A stretch of DNA of 64,000 nt from positions 1,825-65,824 of the forward strand of contig CAXPMI010000041.1 in NCBI GenBank assembly GCA_964218365.1, read 5' to 3'. The stretch is from Candidatus Poseidoniaceae archaeon (GTDB lineage Archaea; Thermoplasmatota; Poseidoniia; Poseidoniales; Poseidoniaceae). Under the pieces are notes generated by a model. The model was given only the letters and a program-made list of their open reading frames with translations, did not search any database and was not told the origin of the DNA. The translations under genes and the position numbers were made by a program. Shown piece by piece: positions 26,458 through 35,600 of this stretch. The number at the start of each line of letters is the position of its first letter. The stretch's first letter is position 1.

Positions 26458-27786
26458 TCAATTTGCTGCCGACATCATCAATTCACCCAGAACTGGCCAA
26501 TTGATATTGCCGATTGCGTCTGCTTTTTGTGGGATATCAATTACTGCCTTTCCTTTCTTGATTGACCCTGGGATCTTTTCAGGGATCTCGCCATCATATT
26601 CAAAGGTAATTTGGAGTTTAGTGGATTGGGCCTGCATTGTAATACTAATGTCATCACCTTTTTTGAAAATTATTGTTGGCTTTTCTGCTTCAGGGTCAAT
26701 AGACATTGGCGCCAACTTGTGTATGGCCAGCATTGGTTCACGCATCGCAGTAAATATGTGCAAGAACTTATCCGGCATTTTGCCTACTGTTGGGACCCAA
26801 ATGTCATTGTTCCAAGCTAACTGTTTCAATCCATCTACACTTAACTCCCCGGATGCGCGCTTGATGTTTGCATCCATTCTAGCAATACCCTGTTCAATTG
26901 CCGTTCTCAACGAACCTGTAGAGGTGTGAATTGTTGCAATATTCTTTGCAGTAGCCGCTAAGATACTTGATGCAGATTGCTCAATCTTTCCAAGCAAAGA
27001 AGTGGTATCAGAGAATACTTTGAGATCAACGCTAAGATCTTTTACCAGAGTTGTCAAAACATCGTTTTCACCTGTTTTGATTTGCTTACCCATTAGAGTT
27101 AGTCTCGCAATTTCTCGCATCATTGCATAAGCAACTAGGTGGCGCATCTGATTTTGTGATTCATTGTATACAAGTATGCCATACTTTCCGTTTCGGACTT
27201 CCAAGGTTATGCACTGTGGTTGATTGGCAATACTATTGTTCAGTGAAACAAAGAGGCCAAATTTGTGGTGGTTTCCCTCCAAGTCTTTCCAGAACTTGTC
27301 CACTTCTTGTTGCCCTACAGTAGTTTCATACAGTTTTGCTTCAATCAATGCTGGAATTGGTTCAGTAACTCCTGAAGATGTTTCAATCATCATTGTAGCC
27401 TCGATATCCATGGAATGGCCTTCATCACCCTTAGATCTAAACTGATCTCCTTTTGTTCCCGTATAGGCACTAGACAAATGTCCAATTACAATTTGTTCAC
27501 CGATTTCACCTTTTGTTGATGACCCTTGTGCCCCCTTTAGGAGGGTGTTTACAGTATCGGTTAAGGTATCAATTCTTTCATCTAATGGACTCATTAATGA
27601 CTTCAATGACTCTTGGCTAGTCTGAAATGTTGCAGCCAAATGTACGCTATGTCCTAGCCGTAGATAGTTCTGTATTTGTTCATTTAAACGGCCGCCTTGT
27701 TCTGCCCTCTCCAATTCCTCAATCAAGGCCTCATCATTCTCTGCCGAGAGAGAAAATGTGTATTCTACGTTATCATCATCGCCCAT
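26458..27786 (-). CDS. DUF2130-like PD-(D/E)XK nuclease-fold protein with coiled-coil N-terminus and unknown C-terminal half
   Basis: KGEIGEQIVIGHL, then SMDIEA, then ALIEAKLY, then VDKFWKDL, then FGLFVS. This follows the G-E/D/ExK order of the DUF2130/RmuC-like core as I remember it. Monocistronic, flanked by 67- and 129-nt spacers. Confidence 0.45.
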   Translation of the reverse strand: MGDDDNVEYTFSLSAENDEALIEELERAEQGGRLNEQIQNYLRLGHSVHLAATFQTSQESLKSLMSPLDERIDTLTDTVNTLLKGAQGSSTKGEIGEQIVIGHLSSAYTGTKGDQFRSKGDEGHSMDIEATMMIETSSGVTEPIPALIEAKLYETTVGQQEVDKFWKDLEGNHHKFGLFVSLNNSIANQPQCITLEVRNGKYGILVYNESQNQMRHLVAYAMMREIARLTLMGKQIKTGENDVLTTLVKDLSVDLKVFSDTTSLLGKIEQSASSILAATAKNIATIHTSTGSLRTAIEQGIARMDANIKRASGELSVDGLKQLAWNNDIWVPTVGKMPDKFLHIFTAMREPMLAIHKLAPMSIDPEAEKPTIIFKKGDDISITMQAQSTKLQITFEYDGEIPEKIPGSIKKGKAVIDIPQKADAIGNINWPVLGELMMSAAN

Positions 27787-27915
27787 GGTGGGTGGGTTTG
27801 TTTAACCCGGTATCAAGGTGACGGATTTAGACATTATACCTTAGACCCCTTTCAAATAGGTGAAAACGCATTGATTCAAGTAGTATGAATCAGGGTGTAC
27901 CCTTTGTTTTGGGGC

Positions 27916-29574
27916 TTAGTCGTAGTCTTCTCTGATTGCTTCGAGTTCAATCATTGGAATATATTCGAATGACATCTCCTCTCCACCAGACGGTTTGACA
28001 GAGGTAAGGATACCGTTTCCTTCGTACAGACTTGGACCGGTGTCAAGCATGAACATCATACCGAGTTTGTCCCTTGAATTAGCGGGTGTACGATTGCTTG
28101 GGTCAGTTGCACAAATTCCTGTGCAACCATCAGCAATAGCGATGAAAACTCTGCCTTCTCTGTCAATGTGTAGGTCATTGAAATCGAGCAGGTTTCTATT
28201 TGAGCCACCTTGGTCACTTCTACAATCTCCACTGTTTAGACAGATAGCTCCGACCTGCACTGGGTCGGTAGTTAGCCTCCTAGTGTGGAATACTGGCTCT
28301 TCATCAAGGGCATTCAAACTGAAGGTGACGTAAAGGTGGTAATGAACTTCGTTTGGTGCGTAGTGCCCATTGCCATCCCATGGATTTCCATCAAGGTCGG
28401 GTTCACCGATCAAAGAAGCATTCTCGCTCCCAAGATAAGTAACAGCAAATCTTCCTGGGTCACCTGCATCAGTTTGTGGGAAAGCGGTTGAGATAACTCC
28501 AGCAGGACTTACTCTGAGGCTTTCCTGTTCCCAACTCTCTCCAGAATCTGTGCTCCTTGCTAGATAAATTCCCTCATCAGCACCTGTCCATAGGTGATAT
28601 GCATTAGAATCTGTATCGGTTGAAACTTCGGAATTCTTTCTAGGATTAGGCGTACTAGCATCCTCCCCCATCGTTCTTTCAAACCATGTGAATCCATTGT
28701 CCTTTGAGACGATTACAGTAGGTGTGGCTACTCTAGGAGTTACGTATACAGTGCCGTCAGGTGCGGTTGAGATAGCACCGTGCAGTCCGCCGTTAGTTGT
28801 TGCTAATCCGACGATTAGGCCACCAGTGTCGAATGTTGCTCCACCGTCAAAACTAGTGAAACAGAAAATGCCAGCTAGTTTGTTGTAACAATAGTACACG
28901 GCTGTTTCATAGATTACGCTGCCAGTGATTTGGCCTACTGCGCCATAACCCGCACTTGTCCAAGGTCCGGTAGCGAGTTTGATGTGGTCGTTGAGAGGAG
29001 TGGTTCCAGAATCGTGAGGATTTCCTAACCAAGTCTCTCCATCATCATCACTCCAACAAATCCAAGATGTTTCTAATCCTATCATTTGCACACCAAACAC
29101 TCTGTCTGTTATCGGGTCAACCCAACCGTAAGGGTCACTTGTTGTTGGTGAACACGCAACAGGGTCTTGTTTTGCTTCCCAAGTTCCGCCATAATCACAA
29201 GACCTCATAACTTTCTCAAAGGCTATGAAGAATACACAACCAGTAGAAGTTATTCCAATACTTGGTTCAGCAGCGTCTTCTCCAACGCTACTGGAAAAGA
29301 ATGTCATTTCGATTGGATCTATGTCTATCGATTCACCTGTTCCGTCGGTGACAAATATCGAAGGATCTGCTGCTGTAATTTCGTTTTCAGACGATGTTAT
29401 GTTCTGGTCATTATCGGACAAAATTGTGTAGAGGATTGTAGAAGATAGAAGCAGAGCAACAAGACCTAACGAAACAATTTGACCAACGTTTGTTTGCCTG
29501 CTGAGTGTAATTTCTTCTCCGAGGAAAAAGTCGTCATCTTCGACAAGTTCAGCATCATGAATTTCCTCAGACAC
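27916..29574 (-). CDS. Membrane-anchored BNR/Asp-box repeat (sialidase-like beta-propeller) protein
   Basis: N-terminal TM IVSLGLVALLLSSTILYTIL. Five Asp-boxes: SCDYGGTW, SDDDGETW, SFDGGATF, SKDNGFTW, STDSGESW. Confidence 0.75.
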   Translation of the reverse strand: MSEEIHDAELVEDDDFFLGEEITLSRQTNVGQIVSLGLVALLLSSTILYTILSDNDQNITSSENEITAADPSIFVTDGTGESIDIDPIEMTFFSSSVGEDAAEPSIGITSTGCVFFIAFEKVMRSCDYGGTWEAKQDPVACSPTTSDPYGWVDPITDRVFGVQMIGLETSWICWSDDDGETWLGNPHDSGTTPLNDHIKLATGPWTSAGYGAVGQITGSVIYETAVYYCYNKLAGIFCFTSFDGGATFDTGGLIVGLATTNGGLHGAISTAPDGTVYVTPRVATPTVIVSKDNGFTWFERTMGEDASTPNPRKNSEVSTDTDSNAYHLWTGADEGIYLARSTDSGESWEQESLRVSPAGVISTAFPQTDAGDPGRFAVTYLGSENASLIGEPDLDGNPWDGNGHYAPNEVHYHLYVTFSLNALDEEPVFHTRRLTTDPVQVGAICLNSGDCRSDQGGSNRNLLDFNDLHIDREGRVFIAIADGCTGICATDPSNRTPANSRDKLGMMFMLDTGPSLYEGNGILTSVKPSGGEEMSFEYIPMIELEAIREDYD

Positions 29575-29594
29575 TAAATCACCTTCGAAATCGA

Positions 29595-29981
29595 TCAGTG
29601 GCCTTTTGGTCTCTCGTAATCAGGAGTAAGTCTTGCCATTACCGCCATGTGCTTGGAAGAGAAGAATAACATGTATACAGGAACAATTAGTGTGAATACG
29701 GCGAGTAGAATTAGAGTGTAAAGTCCCCATGGATCTACTTCATTCAGGAACACAATCCATGCCGTCCAAAGCACTGAGAGCCACATTAGAGGTGACCATC
29801 TGCGCGCTAGAGCTGAGAATCTTGCGTTTGCATTCGAATTGGTGTAAAGCGATGCAACCTCATCTTCACTTACCAGTCCCTTTTCTACGCCGCAGCGAAC
29901 GCAGACTTGCGCTTTTGGTCCATTTCCGTGAATGAATTGTTCACGGGGGTAGACACTGTAGCAATGGCGGCAGGTCGGCAT
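29595..29981 (-). CDS. Zinc-ribbon membrane protein
   Basis: Start trimmed to ATG 29981. CRHC...CVRC ribbon followed by two TM helices (LMWLSVLWTAWIVFL, LYTLILLAVFTLIVPVYMLFF). Confidence 0.5.
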   Translation of the reverse strand: MPTCRHCYSVYPREQFIHGNGPKAQVCVRCGVEKGLVSEDEVASLYTNSNANARFSALARRWSPLMWLSVLWTAWIVFLNEVDPWGLYTLILLAVFTLIVPVYMLFFSSKHMAVMARLTPDYERPKGH

Positions 29982-30007
29982 GAAACACCCGAGCGATAAT
30001 CTGCACT

Positions 30008-31966
30008 TCAAGCATGCGCTACTCGACGCAAAAATTCAGCAAGCACAAGCATTCCTTTCTGTGAGCCGATAGACTCTGGATGGAATTGAATCCCGTAGGT
30101 ATTCCCATCTCTAATTTCCATGGGTAAAACGCCCGTTTCATCACTTGCAGTGACTTCCAATTCGCCTGAACCAGCCAAGATTAGAGAGTTGTATCTGGTC
30201 ATCTCATAGTGACCTTCTTCCATTAGCCCACTACCGTTTGAGATAATAGCTGAAGGAACTCCATGTACGGGTCCATATGGGCTTTCAATCAAATCCATTC
30301 CTCTTGACAATCCGATTGCTTGATGTCCTAGACAGATTCCTAAAACTGGAATTTCCAATTTGGCAGCATGCATTGTAACTGGAGAAATTTCAGGTCTGCC
30401 GGGGCCCGGTCCGATAACAACAGCATCATGGTCGAAGTCAACAATTGGTCCACGTCCGTCGATTACATCCACTTCGCATCCAAACATTTGCAAAGCATGG
30501 ATGATGTTGTATGAGAATGAATCTAAATTATCGATGAACGCAATTCGCAGGTCGAATTTTTCTTCGATTTCGAATTTTTGTTGTTCTAGGTAAAGAGGAT
30601 AGATGCCCAATTCACCTTTGGCCATCGGCTTAGTATCATTGCTTAACCAACCACAAGCCCTTCGCAAAGCTGCTGCTTTCCACACTGCCTCTGCAACCTC
30701 TGATTCAGGATTACTTTCGATGGTAATCCCTCCTCCCGCAACAACAGTACCTTGCCAGCCATCCGTAGAGTATCTCGCCTCAAGCGTTCTAATCATTATA
30801 TTCCAAGTGGAGTCGCCAGAATGAAGATCAATCCAACCCATTGAGCCTGTCCAAAATGACCTCGGCCTCTGTTCCAATTCGTCGATTGCAGCACATACAA
30901 CAGTCTTTGGACAGCCGGTTATACTGCCGCCTGGAAATAGTGCTTGTAATGCATCAATTCCATCCTTATCGTCATCGAGTACCCCTCTTACTTGCGAGAC
31001 TAAATGCTGCACGTTAGCATATGCTTCAACATCAAATCTTGATTGATGTACGCTGCCAGGTTTGGAAACAATCCCCAGGTCGTTGCGTTCAAGGTCAACT
31101 AGCATTCTATGCTCTGCACGCTCTTTTTGGTCGTGAACTAGGTCCCTTCTAAGGAGAGATTCTTGGTCAGGATCTGAGCCTCTTGGTCTAGTTCCTTTGA
31201 TTGGAGCAGTCATTACTTCTCCATTATTTGTCTCTAACAGTATTTCTGGAGAAGATGATGCTAGAGCCAAGCCTAGGTCTGCAGCCTCGATGTATCCGCT
31301 AAATGGTGCGGGGTTATTGATTGACAATCTGTGGAATATTTTTGCAGGCTCTTCTGCTAATGGCCCTTTCCAAGTTCTTCCAAAATTCAGTTGATACAAT
31401 TCTCCTGCCACAATTGAGTCCTTTATTCGCTTGACAATATTTGCATGCTCTAAATCTGTGTGGGATGATTTTTCCCCATCTATTCGAACAGGATTAGGTA
31501 ATTCAGGATAGACTACATCATCCTCAATCCATTCATCGACTAGCCATAGTATTGCTAAGATTTCTCCTTCCTTTGGTGGATGTTGTAATGCGAGGGGCTG
31601 AGTCCATTGTACTAAGTCATAGGATAGGGCTCCTGCCCATTTTGAGCCCTTTGTTGTGTGCGGCTTTAACGAGCGAAACATTTCATCCAGGGACTTAGCA
31701 TGGATTAGGTTGGTCACCTTCCATGCGCCGTTTCTTAGCTCTTGCAAACTGGCGTGCATTGGAACTTGCGAATCTCGCAGTTTTGTCTCACCGTTAAGCG
31801 GTGAGTGTTTTTCTGCAGCATCGATTTTTGGTTGAGTAATTACAACTCTTTTTTTCATGCCAATAGCCATCATACTATTTCTGGCAAGATGAGATTTAGG
31901 ACCACCAGATAGTAGTAAAATTCTGTCCTCTCCCTCAGATTGGATTAATCTGTCAATCATCGCCAA
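30008..31966 (-). CDS. pabB: Aminodeoxychorismate synthase, fused component I (PabB-like, N-terminal) and glutamine amidotransferase (PabA-like, C-terminal)
   Basis: Chorismate-utilising core: SSSPEILLE, APIKGTRPRG, FPGGSITGCPK, SFWTGSMGW. GATase triad context LGICLGHQ and IQFHPES. Lys in PIKGT is PabB-type rather than the TrpE-type PIAGT. Confidence 0.8.
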   Translation of the reverse strand: MAMIDRLIQSEGEDRILLLSGGPKSHLARNSMMAIGMKKRVVITQPKIDAAEKHSPLNGETKLRDSQVPMHASLQELRNGAWKVTNLIHAKSLDEMFRSLKPHTTKGSKWAGALSYDLVQWTQPLALQHPPKEGEILAILWLVDEWIEDDVVYPELPNPVRIDGEKSSHTDLEHANIVKRIKDSIVAGELYQLNFGRTWKGPLAEEPAKIFHRLSINNPAPFSGYIEAADLGLALASSSPEILLETNNGEVMTAPIKGTRPRGSDPDQESLLRRDLVHDQKERAEHRMLVDLERNDLGIVSKPGSVHQSRFDVEAYANVQHLVSQVRGVLDDDKDGIDALQALFPGGSITGCPKTVVCAAIDELEQRPRSFWTGSMGWIDLHSGDSTWNIMIRTLEARYSTDGWQGTVVAGGGITIESNPESEVAEAVWKAAALRRACGWLSNDTKPMAKGELGIYPLYLEQQKFEIEEKFDLRIAFIDNLDSFSYNIIHALQMFGCEVDVIDGRGPIVDFDHDAVVIGPGPGRPEISPVTMHAAKLEIPVLGICLGHQAIGLSRGMDLIESPYGPVHGVPSAIISNGSGLMEEGHYEMTRYNSLILAGSGELEVTASDETGVLPMEIRDGNTYGIQFHPESIGSQKGMLVLAEFLRRVAHA

Positions 31967-32661
31967 TCCTCTCCAAGTGCTTCAATGCAAACTTGTTGCA
32001 GGAATGAACTTCCGTCTCCAATGTCGACGTCATCTAGGACGGTTAGTCTGGCAGCGCCCATGCCGGTTCCTAGGAGAACAATCTCCTTTGCACGTGCGAC
32101 CAACCTCTCATTTAGTCTCCCTTCACTAATGACAAAACCAGATTTCTCAATGTGCGGTTTGACTACGTCATATGTCACTGAATCTACACCGCCAAATTCT
32201 GGACCACTAATCCACACAACACCGTCTTCGTCTAGCACTATCGGCATTACTCTATCACCATCTACTATGCAATGCTCGTGAACTAATAGTGCGACATCTG
32301 CTCCTTTGCTGAATGCATCGGTGGTTATTTTCCTGTAAGCGTCCCAGTCGCCGTGTTTAGTACCAGAAATCTTCCTTGTCCATCGAGGTGCAGGTGCTGT
32401 TACGCCCTCGGCCTCCATGTGAATTTCCTGGTAGAATGGTTTGGTCGAAAACTGGGCGCCATTTGCGTCTACTTGGATTCGAACTAAGCCATTGAGCCCT
32501 TCTGGTATATCGAAATCAGGAATTTCAATTCCTAGTTTCTCAGCATGACGTGATAATCTAGCAAGGTGGTAATCCAAATGGAATAGGTTCCCATCTCTGG
32601 CCCTAACGGTTGTGAAAACCGCACTTTTTGGTCCCACCATCATGGCATCACAACAGGTCAT
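31957..32661 (-). CDS. pabC: Class IV aminotransferase-fold protein, aminodeoxychorismate lyase-like
   Basis: 234 aa. DYHLARLSRHAEKLGI, GTKHGDW (candidate PLP Lys), GADVALLV, IVDGDRVMPIV, KEIVLLGTGMG. 10-nt overlap with the pabB-like start. Confidence 0.6.
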   Translation of the reverse strand: MTCCDAMMVGPKSAVFTTVRARDGNLFHLDYHLARLSRHAEKLGIEIPDFDIPEGLNGLVRIQVDANGAQFSTKPFYQEIHMEAEGVTAPAPRWTRKISGTKHGDWDAYRKITTDAFSKGADVALLVHEHCIVDGDRVMPIVLDEDGVVWISGPEFGGVDSVTYDVVKPHIEKSGFVISEGRLNERLVARAKEIVLLGTGMGAARLTVLDDVDIGDGSSFLQQVCIEALGEDWR

Positions 32662-35600
32662 CCAAGAAGGAAGTGTCTATTCCACCTTGCGGTTGTTGTT
32701 GTTGCAATGGTTGGGTTTGTTGTTCCCAACGCTGTGGCATAGCAGGCTGACTTGGCTGCTGTATTCTTTGAGCAGCTGCATAGATGTCATTTTGTTGGGC
32801 AGGTTGGATTGAAGGTGGTGGTGCGACTGGTGGTGCAGCCTGTCCACCGAATGAACCCACATCATCCCATCCAGAGCGTGCTTCAATACCCCAAGTAGCC
32901 TCTTGTAATTCCCACTCTTTGTTTCTAGCAGGTTTCTTGCCTCTTCCTCTTACCACGAGTAGTAGGAGCAGTAGAGAAATTAGTACCATTCCTGCAATAA
33001 TCATGTTATCAGTAGTCAGTAATTCTCCTAAATCAGTTGTAGAATCCTTATCTTCTTCACCATCTCCGGAGCCCACATTAGAATCAACAGGACCTATTCT
33101 CAATGATTCGATGACTTTTCTATTATTCACATCATCCTTTGCAGAAACTCCGACCCACCACGAAGAGTCATTCGATAACTCCGGGAAGATTTCTGGGGTG
33201 ATAAGGAAAGTATTGGATACACTTGCGTTACCAACATTTGTAGCATCGGCGACGTTCTCAAATTCTGAGTCAGAGATGTATACAACATATCTCCTTACGT
33301 TTGGATCAGTTGTGTGCTCCCATGAAACTAGAATAGAGTCATCTATCCATTCGAGTGACACGCCTTCAATATCGGGGAGGTAAGCACCTACGTCCTCTAT
33401 TCCATCGTCTATCGCAATTGCTGTGGATGTGACCAGGTTATCTCTGAACGCATTACCGGACCAATCTACAGGAACTACCGCAACAGTAACCGGTGTATTT
33501 GGAACAACCAATGTGTCAAACACTAGAATGTCGATTGTAAGCGGTAGTGTTGGAGACCTATCGAGGGTTGCGACAGGAGATTTTACAGTTCCACTCTGGC
33601 CTACAGATGTGAATGTAAATGCAGCAGCGTATACTTCGTAGTAAGCAACATCGCTATCTTCAGACAAATCAAATTCTAGCATTACTGCAGTACCATCATC
33701 CCCTGCTCTGTCATAGAGGTTTAATCCAGACAGTCTTGCTGGAGGCGTTGTATCTGCTAAGTTGTCAATAGGTGTGGCAGTAGCAGTGTTTAGATTGTCA
33801 AGATGTACATTTCCTTTCACGTCGTGTACTGTAATCGCAACGTATAGTGGAACATCAGGCATTATTTGTTGCGGGATTGATGTTGCAAGATTATTCCCAC
33901 CGTAAAGAGCAGTATTCAATGTCAGTTCAATAGGACTCTTCTCGGTATCAATCCATTGTTTGTCCATCACTATGCATCCACAGATTCCAGGTTCAGTCCC
34001 TGCTCTTTCCCAAGTTTCAGTTAGGTCATCCAATGGATACTCAGACGCCCAAATTACGTAGTAATCGAAATCATCAACCTGTGACGGAGCCCATGAGATG
34101 TCAATTGCAGTGCCGTCATCATCAGGATGGTCATAAGCGTTCAACTCGCTGATTCTTTCAGGCTCTGAAGGGCCGTTTAGATTGTTAACAAATGGAGTGA
34201 CTTCTAGAACTGTGACATCTCCTATGTCTCCATTTAGCCATTTGTCAAATGCTACAGCACCTATCCAGTATGCTTGGCCATCGATTAAGGAATCTTCACC
34301 AATTGAATCGATAATTGTCATGTTGGTTTCACAATCAGGAACGATTGCTACTTCTTCCATATCGACAACATTTGTTGGGACGTTTTCTCCATCTTGGGCA
34401 GGTATCATGTAAACTGTTACGAAGGCACAGTCATCAGCAACCGAGTTCGTCCATCCAATCTGCACACGACCTCCATCATCGTTTGGAACGTCTTCTGCCC
34501 AAACATCGGCTAGTTTCGGAGGAGGTACTCCATCGTCTATTCCTCCGGTTGGAACAACCGGCCCGATAACCGTGGCATTGACTAGATCTTCTTGTCCGCC
34601 CTCATCTGAACATGTGAAGGCAAGCCAATGTGGCTTCCCTGCTTCGAGGGTCATTACACTTGAATTACCAATTTGAGGAATGAATTGGGTGTGAACATCA
34701 AGTCCTAAAGCATCGGTGATTTCAGTGGTTGATGCGTAAACGTTCGTAGTAGACAAGTCAAGCGCTTCACATCGTGCCCACTCAGCGAATACTTCACCAT
34801 CAGCGCTAACCACTGTTGAGCCCGAGGTCGCTGTTGCCCATTTTGGTGGAGTTGGAACTTCATCGCTCGGGCTTGCAGGACCAAACGGGGTCGAAGGTGT
34901 TCCAAACCTTCCGTCGTTGTATTCTACAACTACAACAGCCCAGTACTCTGTACCGTCTTGTAGAGGTTGTCCGTTGATTGTGGAAACTTCTGTTTGTAGT
35001 CTAGAGTGCAAACTCACTGTTGCATCTGGTGCACGGGGCTGGAGGTCAGCAGCAGTAGGCTGAGTTGTCCATGGACCTTCGTTTAGGTATACCGCATATC
35101 TAGCAAAGTCATCATCATGAACTAGTGTCCAATTTGCCATGAGTGTTTGACCACCATCATCGGGTCTATCCCATAGAGATAGGCCTTGGACTGGGGTCTC
35201 TGTTCTGAACCAGTCGTAGGTTAATTTCACCCACATACTGCCATTAGAGGGGGAGTTCAGACTTAGTGTCACAATTCTAGTTCCGTTGAGAAGAACACCA
35301 TTGTCAACTGCATATTGTAAGCTAGTGATAAACGTTGGATCGTTAGATAGATTGACAGTAGCGTTGTACTTCAACTCAACCAACTTAGCCCATGTTGCAG
35401 CACCATCTACTGGAGATGAGAATGTTAGGGCTGATGTTTGGACAGGGATTCCGTGAGGACCCGGAGTACCGTCAGTTGAGAGCGTAACAGGATTACTTGG
35501 GTCTACGATTGAGACTTGCATTCCTGGGTGTGTGAATTCAGTAATGTCTTGGAATTGCAATTCAAATCCAACCGATAGTGGGTCAGCCCTGCGCATTGAG

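Noticed and set aside
32784-33383. 199-aa plus-strand ORF opposite the 3' end of the giant surface-protein gene
   Set aside because: Antisense of the TM/tail/FN3 region and S/T/P-rich. No independent signals.
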